Source of the DNA: Burkholderiales bacterium
GTDB taxonomy: Bacteria; Pseudomonadota; Gammaproteobacteria; Burkholderiales; Usitatibacteraceae
Direction: 5' to 3'
Assembly: GCA_031370625.1 (NCBI GenBank)
Contig: JANMQR010000314.1
Location: 5,052 to 69,051 of the forward strand
Length of the DNA: 64,000 nt
This document shows, one piece after another, positions 34,026 through 43,827 of the stretch (positions are counted from its first letter, which is position 1; every line of letters starts with the position of its first letter). Below the pieces are notes generated by a model, which was not told where the DNA came from, did no database searches, and was given only the letters and a program-made list of their open reading frames with translations. The translations under genes and the position numbers were made by a program.

Positions 34026-36275
34026 TCACGCTTTAACGTTTTTCTCCATCCCGGCAATCACTTTATCCAACGTGAGTGGGAAGTCGCGAATGCGCACGCC
34101 GCAGGCGTTGTACACCGCGTTCGCAATCGCCGCGCCTGCGCCGCAAATTCCTAATTCGCCCACACCTTTAATTTTCAGCGGATTGGTTTTGTCGTCTACT
34201 TCATTGATGAACAACGCCTCGATCGCAGGAATATCAGCGTGCGCAGGAACGTGATATTCCGCCAGATCATGATTCACAAAATACCCGAAACGAGGATCAA
34301 CCACCGCATGCTCATGCAATGCCGCACCGACACCCCAAATCATGGCACCCGTCGCTTGGCTTTTAGCGGTTTTCTCGTTCAAAATTCTGCCCGCCGCAAA
34401 CACGCCCAGCATCCGTCGCAAGCGGATCTCGCCAGTGTCGCGATCCACGGCTACTTCAGCGAAATGTGCGCCATACGCTTGCTGCGAGAACTTTTTATTC
34501 ATGGCGCCGGGTTTGATCTCTCCGGTCGCTTCCATCCCGTTTTTACCGGCTAACGCGGCAAGTGTTTCTGACTTACCACCAGCCGATATGCGTCCGCCTT
34601 CGAAGGTCGCATCTTCCACTTTCACGCCCATTTTTTTGGCGAGTTTCTCACGCAAATTCGCACACGCATCGAATAATCCAGAGCCAGCGCTCGCCGCACC
34701 CCACGACCCGCCCGAACCTGGCGTGGCCGGAAAATCGCTGTCGCCCAATTCCATTTTAATTTTTTCCATCGGCACGCCCAATGCTTCTGCGGCAACTTGC
34801 GTGAACACGGTATAGCTGCCGGTACCAATGTCGGTCATCGCCATCCGCACCGCCACCATCCCGCTGCCGTCGATGGTCACTGAGCAGCTTGATGGCATCA
34901 ACAAATTACCGCGCGTAGCGGCCGCCATGCCCATGCCGATCAGCCAGCGCCCGTCGCTTACCGCACCCGTCTTGGCGCTACGTTTAGACCAGCCGAATTT
35001 TGTGGCACCTTCACGCATGCAGGCAATGAGTTGGCGTGTGGAGAACGGAGTGTTTTGTTCAGGATCCATCGCAGGTTCGTTCAAGACGCGAAATTCAATC
35101 GGGTCCAATTTAAGTTTTTCCGCAAGCTCATCCATCGCCTGTTCCAACGCCAGCATCCCAACCGATTCACCTGGTGCGCGCGTTGAATCAGAAATCGGCA
35201 GATCAAGCGGGACTGAGCGATGCGTGGTCAGACGATGTGGTGCCGCATACAGCGTGCGCGTTTGCATGCTCGCGTTTTCAAAAAAATTATCGAAGCGCGC
35301 GCTCTGCGACCAGGTTTCGTGCGCGATGGCGGTAAGCTTCCCGTCAGCCGTGGCGCCCAAACGCAGCCGCTGAATCGTGTCGCTGCGATGGGTGGTGAAA
35401 TGAAACATTTGCTGGCGCGTCAGCGCAGTTTTCACTGGAACGCCCAACTGCTTTGCCGCCATGGCTGACAACATCACGTCGCCATAAATCGGCAGCTTGC
35501 CGCCAAATCCGCCGCCGATGTAACGGCTGACAATGCGCACTTTCGAGGGCGAAATTTTTAGCGTGGCAGCAACCGCATTTTTTGCACTCACCAGTAACTG
35601 CGATGAGCAGTGAATAATCACCTGCCCGTCTTTCCAATAGGCTAGCGTGGCATGCGGCTCCATCTGTGCGTGAATATGCGCAGGTGTGGTGAAAGTGGAA
35701 TCGACTTTGATCTCAGCGGACGCAAATGCCGACTCAAAATTACCCACAACACTGTCGGTTTTTTGGCCGAACTGATCTTCAGGTTTTTCCGCCTTCGCCA
35801 AATTCGGTTTGAGTTCTGATTCCGGTTTTTGCTGCGCGTAATTTATCTTCACCAATCGTGCCGCTGAGCGCGCTTGTTCGAAACTTTTTGCGACCACAAA
35901 CGCTACCGCCTGACCATAATGTTCAACGCGATTATTGGCCAGCTGCGGTGAGGCGCGCGCGTAACGATCCTTTGCATCAATTGGGCCCCATGCACCTTGT
36001 GCGGGTGCATTTTTGTGTGTCATCACCAGCATCACGCCGGGTGAGCGTTCGGCAGCTTCAGTGTCTATTGACGCCACGGTTCCTTTGGCGATGGTCGCAT
36101 CGACAATAAATCCGTAGGCTGCATTTTTGACTTCAACACCTTCCGTAATTTCATGCGCGTACGGTGCCTTGCCGGTAACTTTTAATCGGCCTTCAACTCG
36201 GTCGATCGGTTTGCCAATCAGTCCCTGACGATTTTCGTCAATGGCATTGCGCGGTGCGGGTGCATTCATATCCAT
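34026..36275 (-). CDS. paoC: Periplasmic aldehyde oxidoreductase, molybdopterin-binding subunit (xanthine dehydrogenase family)
   Basis: 749-aa ORF, last gene of a FeS-FAD-Moco operon whose order and sizes match E. coli PaoABC (YagTSR). Confidence 0.8.
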   Translation of the reverse strand: MDMNAPAPRNAIDENRQGLIGKPIDRVEGRLKVTGKAPYAHEITEGVEVKNAAYGFIVDATIAKGTVASIDTEAAERSPGVMLVMTHKNAPAQGAWGPIDAKDRYARASPQLANNRVEHYGQAVAFVVAKSFEQARSAARLVKINYAQQKPESELKPNLAKAEKPEDQFGQKTDSVVGNFESAFASAEIKVDSTFTTPAHIHAQMEPHATLAYWKDGQVIIHCSSQLLVSAKNAVAATLKISPSKVRIVSRYIGGGFGGKLPIYGDVMLSAMAAKQLGVPVKTALTRQQMFHFTTHRSDTIQRLRLGATADGKLTAIAHETWSQSARFDNFFENASMQTRTLYAAPHRLTTHRSVPLDLPISDSTRAPGESVGMLALEQAMDELAEKLKLDPIEFRVLNEPAMDPEQNTPFSTRQLIACMREGATKFGWSKRSAKTGAVSDGRWLIGMGMAAATRGNLLMPSSCSVTIDGSGMVAVRMAMTDIGTGSYTVFTQVAAEALGVPMEKIKMELGDSDFPATPGSGGSWGAASAGSGLFDACANLREKLAKKMGVKVEDATFEGGRISAGGKSETLAALAGKNGMEATGEIKPGAMNKKFSQQAYGAHFAEVAVDRDTGEIRLRRMLGVFAAGRILNEKTAKSQATGAMIWGVGAALHEHAVVDPRFGYFVNHDLAEYHVPAHADIPAIEALFINEVDDKTNPLKIKGVGELGICGAGAAIANAVYNACGVRIRDFPLTLDKVIAGMEKNVKA

Positions 36276-36297
36276 GGCTGTGATCCCTTTAAATTCT

Positions 36298-37269
36298 TCA
36301 AGCTTCGGTAATCACCGCGCGCAGCGTACGGCGAGCCAGTGAAATTTTGAAATCGTTATGACCAAATCCGCGCGCGCCCGACAGCACTGCATCTGCGGCA
36401 GCATCAGCACTTTTCAAATTCACTGATGCATTGGTGAGCGCAGTTTCAGCAGCAGCAACGCGCCACGGCTGATGCGCGACGCCGCCAAACGCCATTCGCG
36501 CCGATTTGATGCGGCCACCAGTGGAGTCGATAATCGCGGCCACTGATACCATCGCAAACGCATACGACGCACGGTCACGGACTTTGCGATATACATGTCG
36601 CCCCGGTAATGGCGGCGGCAAGGTCACGGCGGTAATCATTTCGCCCAGCGCTAGATTGGTTTCGATATGGGGCGTGTTGCCCGGCAGTCGATGGAAATCG
36701 GCAATCGGGATCACCCGCTTGGCACCGGTCGCAGAAATTGTTTCCACTTTCGCGTCAAGCAGCCGCATCGCTACCGCCATATCGGAAGGATGAATCGCGA
36801 TGCACGCATCACTGGTGCCCAAAATGGCATGCATGCGGTTATAACCCTGAATCGCGGAACAGCCTGAGCCCGGCGCGCGCTTGTTGCACGGCTTGGATGT
36901 ATCGTAGAAGTAATAGCAACGCGTACGCTGCAATAAATTACCACCGGTGGTCGCCTTGTTTCGCAGCTGCCCCGACGCACCACTCAATAGCGCCCGGCTC
37001 AGCACCGCATAATCTTTTCGCACACGCATGTCTGCTGCCAAGTCGGCATTACGCACCATCGCACCGATCCGCAATCCGCCGTCGCTGGTCGCCTCGGTCT
37101 TGTCCAAACCGAGCCGCGTGATGTCAATCAAGTGCGAGGGCGTTTCTACTTCGAGCTTCATGAGGTCGAGCAGATTTGTTCCACCCGCGATGAATTTTGC
37201 GCCCGGCTTGGCACCCGCTGCCGCGGCTGCCTGAAGTGATTCGGGACGCTCGTAATGAAAGGCTCTCAT
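36298..37269 (-). CDS. paoB: Aldehyde oxidoreductase FAD-binding subunit
   Basis: FAD_binding_5-type motif [14 protein letters not shown]. There is a 4-nt ATGA overlap with the upstream FeS gene. Confidence 0.8.
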   Translation of the reverse strand: MRAFHYERPESLQAAAAAGAKPGAKFIAGGTNLLDLMKLEVETPSHLIDITRLGLDKTEATSDGGLRIGAMVRNADLAADMRVRKDYAVLSRALLSGASGQLRNKATTGGNLLQRTRCYYFYDTSKPCNKRAPGSGCSAIQGYNRMHAILGTSDACIAIHPSDMAVAMRLLDAKVETISATGAKRVIPIADFHRLPGNTPHIETNLALGEMITAVTLPPPLPGRHVYRKVRDRASYAFAMVSVAAIIDSTGGRIKSARMAFGGVAHQPWRVAAAETALTNASVNLKSADAAADAVLSGARGFGHNDFKISLARRTLRAVITEA

Positions 37270-37970
37270 GTTTGCACCGCCGCTGTTGATACTGATGCGT
37301 CTTTGATCGCAGCAATAATGTTTGGATATGCACTACAGCGACAAATATTGCCGCTCATGCGCTCGCGAATTTCTTCTTCGTTGACTGCACTGATCGCGGT
37401 CAAATCTCTCGTCACATGACTGGGCATGCCCGCGCGAACTTCAGCGAGCATTCCCACCGATGAGCAGATCTGTCCCGGCGTGCAATAGCCACATTGAAAG
37501 CCGTCGTGTTTCAAAAACGCGGCCTGCATCGGATGAAGCTCCTCGCCCTTCGCCAAGCCTTCGATAGTGGTAATTTGCTGACCATCGTGCATCACCGCGA
37601 GCGTCAGACACGAATTGATTCGCCGACCATCGATCAGTACGGTACATGCGCCGCATTGGCCGTGATCGCACCCCTTCTTGGTGCCCTTCAGCCCCAAATT
37701 TTCGCGCAATGCATCAAGCACTGTCGTGCGCGTATCCACGCTCAACGGATAGGCGCGGCCGTTCACTTGCAAGGTCATGTCGATTCGGCTTGGTGCCGTC
37801 GTGGCTGCCGTGGCTGCCGCAGATTTACCCGCCTTGGCCGCACCGGGCGACTGCGCCCCGGCGAGCCCCGCCACCGGCACCGTCGCCAGCGCCGCACTCG
37901 CCTTCAACATGCCGCGACGAGAAATATGCCCAAACTCAGGCGGTTCAAGTGACTCACTATTCGCAGACAT
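37266..37970 (-). CDS. paoA: Aldehyde oxidoreductase 2Fe-2S subunit with Tat signal
   Basis: Twin-arginine signal [27 protein letters not shown]. 2Fe-2S motifs [11 protein letters not shown] and [10 protein letters not shown]. Confidence 0.85.
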   Translation of the reverse strand: MSANSESLEPPEFGHISRRGMLKASAALATVPVAGLAGAQSPGAAKAGKSAAATAATTAPSRIDMTLQVNGRAYPLSVDTRTTVLDALRENLGLKGTKKGCDHGQCGACTVLIDGRRINSCLTLAVMHDGQQITTIEGLAKGEELHPMQAAFLKHDGFQCGYCTPGQICSSVGMLAEVRAGMPSHVTRDLTAISAVNEEEIRERMSGNICRCSAYPNIIAAIKDASVSTAAVQT

Positions 37971-38270
37971 GTTTTTTCCTTTTTAAGATACTTTGAAGAT
38001 CGCGCTAACGATCTTGATGTTAATGATCGGGCTGACAAACGAAGTACGATGCTTGCGCTATTGCGTGTAGGCGGCGGCTGATGCGGAAGGTTTGGTTAAC
38101 GTAATTGGGCTGTGGGCTTTGGCTGCGGCTGTGGCTCCGGAAAATGCGGCCAACAACTGAATTCTCAAATACGCGTTACGTAGCGTCTGTGCGCTCCCGC
38201 ACTTATAAAAAAACGAGGCGAGCGCTGAGCTTGCGGAAATAAATGTTGAATATTTTCTGCTTTTGGCGCA

Positions 38271-38286
38271 CTGTATAAAACAACAG
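38271..38286 (+). promoter_or_regulatory. LexA (SOS) box CTGT-N8-ACAG
   Basis: CTGTATAAAACAACAG lies 78 nt upstream of the ATG at 38364. Confidence 0.65.
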
Positions 38287-38363
38287 CTGCGCCATTTTCA
38301 CGGCCCTGGTCGCATCACTGCGCCGGGCTTCAAACCCCATATCTTTGAATTCAGCGCGAGGCA

Positions 38364-39800
38364 ATGTTCAACTATTCTTTGGCGATTATCGATACCGAAA
38401 CCACTGGCATGACCGCGACGGCGGATCGCATTACCGAAATCGCGATTCTTCGCGTGATTGATGGCAAGCTGGTGGAGGAATGGTCGAGCCTGGTGAATCC
38501 GGAATGCTCAATTCCAGTCGAGATTCAAGTGTTAACCGGCATAACCAATGCGATGGTGCGGACCGCGCCAAAATTTCGCGAGATCGCGGATGAAGTCCAT
38601 CGACGGTTGCATGATCATGTATTTGTCGCGCACAACGCGCGATTTGATTACGGCTTTATCAAGAATGAATTTCGACGCATCGGCAAGCCGTTCACCGCCG
38701 AGGTGCTGTGCACGGTAAGACTCTCGCGCCGTTTATATCCCGATGCCGCCTCGCATTCGCTGGATGCGTTGCGTGATCGTCATCACCTGACCTCGGCGGG
38801 ACGGCACCGCGCATTGGGCGATGCGCGTGCAGCGTGGCAATTCATCAAAATCGCCGCGCGCCAGCACGCGCCCGAGGTACTCGCACTCGCGGCAAAAGTA
38901 TTGATGAAAATGCCCAGCCTGCCGCCTCAGTTGCAACCAGGTGCGCTGGATAATTTGCCGGAAGGTCCGGGCGTGTACACCTTCTACGGCGTGAGCAACA
39001 CGCCGATTTATATTGGTAAAGCGAACGATATTCGCACTCGCGTGCGATCACATTTCTCGAGCGACCATCGCAGCGCAAACGACCAGCGGCTCTCGGTCGA
39101 AATCATGCGGATCGACTACGAGGAAACCAGTGGTGAAATGGGCGCGTTATTGCGCGAGGCGGTGTTGATCAAAACGTTGATGCCATTACGAAACCACAAA
39201 CTGAGGCGCAATCGGGAGCTGACTTTTATTCGTTTGGCTGATCTTGCGCGACCAGTGGAAATCGTGAAAATTGGGGACATAGACTTCGCGAATACGCAGC
39301 GCGTTTATGGTCCTTTTTCAACCAAGGCGCAGGCAAAGGCGGTGCTGGCTTCGGCGGCCGCTGAGCATTTTTTATGTTTAAACGCAATGAATACGAAAAA
39401 AATTCCGGGTCCGTGTTTCTCGTATCAATTAAAAAAATGCGCGGGATTTTGTGCGGGGCAGGAAAGTTTATTTCAACACAATCTCCGCTTGCTCCAAGCG
39501 CTGGCGGAACACAAATTTCAGGACTGGACTGCACCGGGTTTTATCGCCATCAAGGAAATTCATCCTGAACACCGATGGGAACGCATTCATGTTTTCGAAC
39601 ACTGGCTCTATCGCGGCAGTGCGCGTGACGAGTCAGCGCTGGAGGAGTTGATGGTATCTCGCGCAGTGGTCGAATTCGACGCCGACATCTACAAAATATT
39701 GCGCAAATATTTGCAGAAAAATTTGCCGTATCGCGTGATCAGTGTGGCGTCATTAACACCAGACGAATTCGACTCGGCGCTGACGGCGGAATTGAATTGA
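38364..39800 (+). CDS. DnaQ-like 3'-5' exonuclease fused to a GIY-YIG (Cho/UvrC-N-like) nuclease
   Basis: DEDDh exonuclease motifs: AIIDTETTG, FVAHNARFDYGF, HRALGDA. GIY-YIG motif: GPGVYTFYGVSNTPIYIGKANDIRTRVRSHF. Confidence 0.85.
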   Translation: MFNYSLAIIDTETTGMTATADRITEIAILRVIDGKLVEEWSSLVNPECSIPVEIQVLTGITNAMVRTAPKFREIADEVHRRLHDHVFVAHNARFDYGFIKNEFRRIGKPFTAEVLCTVRLSRRLYPDAASHSLDALRDRHHLTSAGRHRALGDARAAWQFIKIAARQHAPEVLALAAKVLMKMPSLPPQLQPGALDNLPEGPGVYTFYGVSNTPIYIGKANDIRTRVRSHFSSDHRSANDQRLSVEIMRIDYEETSGEMGALLREAVLIKTLMPLRNHKLRRNRELTFIRLADLARPVEIVKIGDIDFANTQRVYGPFSTKAQAKAVLASAAAEHFLCLNAMNTKKIPGPCFSYQLKKCAGFCAGQESLFQHNLRLLQALAEHKFQDWTAPGFIAIKEIHPEHRWERIHVFEHWLYRGSARDESALEELMVSRAVVEFDADIYKILRKYLQKNLPYRVISVASLTPDEFDSALTAELN

Positions 39801-39835
39801 ATTGAATTGAGAGAGCAGCAACTGGCACGTAGTAA

Positions 39836-39990
39836 AGGGAACTTCTCATAACCTCAAAACACCGTCATTCCGGCGAAGGCCGGAACCCAGTCCTTCGTAT
39901 ATTCAAATACTTGGAGCGGACCGGGCCCCGGCCTTTCGACGGAGACCCCCGAACGGGGGCGCCGGGGTGACGGGTTTTTAGAAGTTCCCT
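39836..39990. mobile_element. 155-bp MITE/REP-like element with 11-bp terminal inverted repeats
   Basis: Terminal inverted repeats AGGGAACTTCT (39836-39846) and AGAAGTTCCCT (39980-39990). Internal nested hairpins: TTCCGGC-gaag-GCCGGAA, CCCCGGC..GCCGGGG and CCCCC-gaac-GGGGG. It has no coding capacity. Confidence 0.6.
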
Positions 39991-40002
39991 AAAGTAAAAC
40001 CC

Positions 40003-40078
40003 TAACACCAGCGCGCCACTACAGCCATAATTGCCTGCAAGCGCGCGCCAGCGATAGAGTTCTAATTTCCTATCAATC
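40003..40078 (+). repeat. Copy 1 of a repeated intergenic sequence of about 55-75 nt (partner at 56634-56700)
   Basis: An identical 15-mer ACAGCCATAATTGCC occurs at 40021-40035 and 56647-56661. It is followed by 24/38 ungapped identities, with further similarity upstream (taac..gcgc..acagcc). Confidence 0.6.
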
Positions 40079-40083
40079 TTTTT

Positions 40084-40380
40084 TCAGCCACGCGGGCGTG
40101 GCGGCATGCGGTCGTTCGACACACGATCATTGCCCGCACCCGGATCGTTGGGCGAAGTCACGTCATTATTAATTTCATCATCATTGTCGCCATCGCTGTC
40201 AGGGCCGCGATCAGAAACAATCACATCGGCACCGGGTGGCGTGTCGCTTTCATCGTCAAAACCTTGTTCAGCGCTGCGAGTCGGCTTTTCAGAGCGGCCG
40301 GGACGGCGGGTTTGTGGAAGATTATCCGGTGTAAGGCTATCGTAGTTTTCATCAGATCGCTGCATGATTAATTTCTCCAT
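40084..40380 (-). CDS. Small acidic, probably disordered protein
   Basis: ORF track. Asp/Asn/Pro/Gly-rich sequence (DSDGDNDDEINNDVTSPNDPGAGNDRVSNDR). No recognisable domain. Confidence 0.5.
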   Translation of the reverse strand: MEKLIMQRSDENYDSLTPDNLPQTRRPGRSEKPTRSAEQGFDDESDTPPGADVIVSDRGPDSDGDNDDEINNDVTSPNDPGAGNDRVSNDRMPPRPRG

Positions 40381-40720
40381 AAATAAGGTGACCTTTTCAT
40401 CGCTGCTATAACCTTTGCAAGTGCCCTGCCGTCACCGCTGGCATTGGTTCAATCATCACAAACTGCCATGCCCGGAGACGTAGGACGATCAGCCGAATTT
40501 TTGTACGCGTTTTTTGCATCTCCAATTTATTTCATCACAGATCGGTGGATCCATCTCGACTGGACGGGCAACATCCGCTAGCACAACGTAGGAATTCACC
40601 TTGCTTCCGGCCCTCATTTGTAAGACTTTCCCTACACTTAGACGGGCCGCTTTCTCACGCACACGCTGTGTTATCGTTATTGCATTCCGCATATTAATTT
40701 TTAGAGCGCATTAAGCCGGT

Positions 40721-41413
40721 ATGACCATTTGTCCAGCTACTGACCCCATTGCTCAAATTGAGATCTTAGCTGCAATCGTCAAGGCGCCTTCGATCCTCAC
40801 TCGGCTCCGGCTCGAAACTCGAAATGAGCACGAGGCCGTCGAGCAGGTGCTTGATTTGATGGCTGCGTCATTAACACGAGAAGGGTATCGCCAACGCCTC
40901 GAGCAGTTCTACGGCTTTTATGCGCCGCTCGAAAAAGCTTTGCTTTTACGCGGTAAAGATAAGTCCACGCAGTCACTGCCACCAAGCACATGTTCTGCGT
41001 TGGTCTCGCGCTTGAATAAAAGCGCGCTGCTGAAAAAAGATCTTCGCCATCTCGGCATCGCGACCCGAGATTTACCGCTCTGCCCTGCTCTTCCACCACA
41101 ACACACCCACGCTGACATTCTGGGCGCATTGTATGTAATGGAGGGTGCAACATTGGGTGGTCGCCTGATCACGCAACACATTCGAGCCACGCTCGGGATT
41201 ACGCCGAATACCGGCGGTAGTTTTTTTGAAGGCTACGGTTACAACACTGGAAAGATGTGGCAAACCATGCGCCAGTTGTTGGTCAACGGCGCATCTGATG
41301 CCTCCACTGAAAACGCGATCGTGACCAACGCGATCACCACCTTCGCCAGCCTGCGTCGCTGGTGCCAATTGAGCCCGAAACGCACCCAAACAGAGACGAC
41401 TCGCCATGCATGA
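40721..41413 (+). CDS. bphO: Heme oxygenase (biliverdin-producing, BphO type)
   Basis: Motifs LRLETRNEHEAVEQ, FYGFYAPLEKAL and GALYVMEGATLGGRLI. The gene overlaps the bphP start by 8 nt. Confidence 0.8.
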   Translation: MTICPATDPIAQIEILAAIVKAPSILTRLRLETRNEHEAVEQVLDLMAASLTREGYRQRLEQFYGFYAPLEKALLLRGKDKSTQSLPPSTCSALVSRLNKSALLKKDLRHLGIATRDLPLCPALPPQHTHADILGALYVMEGATLGGRLITQHIRATLGITPNTGGSFFEGYGYNTGKMWQTMRQLLVNGASDASTENAIVTNAITTFASLRRWCQLSPKRTQTETTRHA

Positions 41414-43826
41414 AAGCGCGAACAAAAATCTGCTTGGCGCAACTGCCGCTGAAGCGCCAGAAACCACCGGTGCCCAGCCATGGGGTACCGAGCCCTACAG
41501 CACCAAGCGCGATGGCGCCAGCATCACCGACTGCGACGCAGAGCCGGTACGCACGCCCGGGTGCATACAGGCACACGGTGCGCTACTGGTGCTGCGCCGG
41601 TCAGACCTGTCGATCTTGCAGGCAAGTGAAAACACCCAGGCTATTCTGGGTCAGGCGGCCTCAGAGCTGCTTGGTCGCAATGTAGCGGTGGTTGTCAAGC
41701 TGGAGGGTGAGACTCAATTGCGCAACATCCTGGCCGCCGAGCCGATCGAGCGCAACCCGACTTACGTTTTCACAATGCCCGAAGGCGAGCATGTTAGCGC
41801 GCTGGACGTGACGCTGCACACCATCGATGGCTTGGTGCTGATGGAGTTTGAACCCTTGGGAGTCAGCCACACCGGGAGCGCCGTTGCCCCCATGCCGTTT
41901 GCGACACGCGCTCAACCCGATTACTACGCGATCATCAAGAAAACGGTTACCCGGCTGCAGTTGGCCAATACCCTGCAGCAGTTCTGCCAGGTGCTCGCGG
42001 ACGAAGTCAGCCTCGTGTCCGGCATGGAACGGGTGATGATCTATAAATTTCATGCCGACCATCACGGTGAAGTCGTTGCCGAAAGTCTGCTCGGCGACCA
42101 GCCGCCCTGGCTAGGCCTGCATTATCCGGCCGAAGATATTCCGAAACCGGCGCGCGATATGTTTGCCAAGACCTGGATCCGCCCGGTACCCGACACTAAC
42201 GTCGCGCTGGCCGAAATGACACCTCTGCTAAATCCCGATACCGGCAAGTCTCTGGACATGACGCACTGCGCGCTGCGCGGTGTATCCATGTTGTATACCG
42301 AATACTTGAAAAACATGGGCGTTTCGGCCGGCCTGACGATGGCACTGCGTCGTGGCAACGAGCTGTGGGGCCTTATCACCTGCCACCATTACAGCGGGCC
42401 TCGCGCGGTGCCGTATCAGTTGCGTGCGGCCTGCGAGTTTTTAGCACAAGTCGGCTCGCTGCAACTGCAGGCCGTTGAAGACCGTGAAAACGCGGCCTAC
42501 CGCATTAAACTGGAAGAAGTTAACCAGCAACTGCTAACGATGGCCGCGCAGGAAGGCGGGCTTGCGTCGATCACAGACGGGAAACCGTCGCTTTTAGACG
42601 CCATGCATGCCAGCGGCGCGGCGCTATTCCATCGCGACAGATGGTGGCGGATTGGCCAGACACCCGAGGAGATACAGTTGGACGCGCTTGCTGCGTGGCT
42701 GATGGCGCATCTCCACACCAATTCGCTGACAGACTCGGTTTACGCCACCGAGTCGCTCATCGCTGACTATCCGCCAGCCGCAGCCTTTTCTCATGTGGCC
42801 AGCGGTTTGCTCGCCGCGCCGTTGTCGTACAGCGGACAAAACCTGATGATGTGGTTCCGGCCTGAAGTGATTCAAACCGTGAATTGGGGCGGGGATCCGC
42901 GCGACAAGCCGATGATACCGAGTCCGTTCGGCAGTCGCCGGATGCCCCGGCGCAGTTTTGAGCGGTTCACCGAGTCGGTTCGGCATCATGCTTTTCCGTG
43001 GTTGCAGGTCGAGATTGACGCAGCGGCGCGGCTGCGTTCGTTGATCATGGAGCTGGTCATCGTGCGTGCCGAGCGGATGGCCGGCCTGAATGCCGATCTG
43101 GCACGCAGCAACGAAGAGCTTGACGCGTTTGCCTATGTGGCCAGCCATGACTTGAAGGAGCCGCTGCGCGGCATCCATAAGTACGCCCACCAGCTAATGG
43201 AAGCAGCATCGGGGGACGAGGAAGAAAAACGCAAGCTCAACGGCCTGATGCGCCTGACCTTGCGCATGGACAGCCTGCTCGATTCGCTGCTGCATTTTTC
43301 GCGCGTGGGCCGCGAAGATTTGACGCTGGAAGAAGTTGATCTGAACGACGTCTTGGCCGACGCGATCGAGATGGTCAGCTCCCGCACCAGCGATGGCCGC
43401 ACGCAGATCGCGGCACCGCGCCCGTTGCCGCAGATCGTGGGTGACCGCGTCCGGATTCGTGAAGTGCTGGTCAATCTATTGTCGAATGGGCTGAAGTACA
43501 ACGACAAGACGAACAAGCAAGTCGAAGTGGGTTTTATCGAGGCGCATGAATCGTTGTTGCGTAGCAGTTTTCCCAAATCAAGCGATGGGCAAACCGTGTA
43601 CTACGTTCGCGACAACGGCATTGGCATAGCGCCCCGCCATTTCGAGCAGGTGTTCAAGATGTTCAAGCGCCTGCATGGCCGCGAAGAGTATGGCGGCGGT
43701 GCCGGTGCTGGCCTGACAATCGTAAAGAAGCTGGTCGAGCGGCATCGCGGGCAGGTCTGGCCAGAGTCCGCAGTCGGTGATGGCAGCACGTTTTTCTTTA
43801 CCCTTAGTGCGATGGACGAAACCTGA
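41406..43826 (+). CDS. bphP: Bacteriophytochrome histidine kinase (PAS-GAF-PHY-HisKA-HATPase)
   Basis: N-terminal chromophore Cys context ITDCDAEPVRTPGCIQAHGALLVL. GAF/PHY region. H-box FAYVASHDLKEPLRGI. ATPase G-boxes VRDNGIGI and GGGAGAGLTIV. Confidence 0.9.
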   Translation: MHESANKNLLGATAAEAPETTGAQPWGTEPYSTKRDGASITDCDAEPVRTPGCIQAHGALLVLRRSDLSILQASENTQAILGQAASELLGRNVAVVVKLEGETQLRNILAAEPIERNPTYVFTMPEGEHVSALDVTLHTIDGLVLMEFEPLGVSHTGSAVAPMPFATRAQPDYYAIIKKTVTRLQLANTLQQFCQVLADEVSLVSGMERVMIYKFHADHHGEVVAESLLGDQPPWLGLHYPAEDIPKPARDMFAKTWIRPVPDTNVALAEMTPLLNPDTGKSLDMTHCALRGVSMLYTEYLKNMGVSAGLTMALRRGNELWGLITCHHYSGPRAVPYQLRAACEFLAQVGSLQLQAVEDRENAAYRIKLEEVNQQLLTMAAQEGGLASITDGKPSLLDAMHASGAALFHRDRWWRIGQTPEEIQLDALAAWLMAHLHTNSLTDSVYATESLIADYPPAAAFSHVASGLLAAPLSYSGQNLMMWFRPEVIQTVNWGGDPRDKPMIPSPFGSRRMPRRSFERFTESVRHHAFPWLQVEIDAAARLRSLIMELVIVRAERMAGLNADLARSNEELDAFAYVASHDLKEPLRGIHKYAHQLMEAASGDEEEKRKLNGLMRLTLRMDSLLDSLLHFSRVGREDLTLEEVDLNDVLADAIEMVSSRTSDGRTQIAAPRPLPQIVGDRVRIREVLVNLLSNGLKYNDKTNKQVEVGFIEAHESLLRSSFPKSSDGQTVYYVRDNGIGIAPRHFEQVFKMFKRLHGREEYGGGAGAGLTIVKKLVERHRGQVWPESAVGDGSTFFFTLSAMDET

Positions 43827-43827
43827 C

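Noticed and set aside
40489-40692. 67-aa minus-strand ORF divergent from bphO.
   Set aside because: It has no RBS (AT-rich sequence upstream) and no recognisable family motif. I left it uncalled, although a small regulator cannot be excluded.
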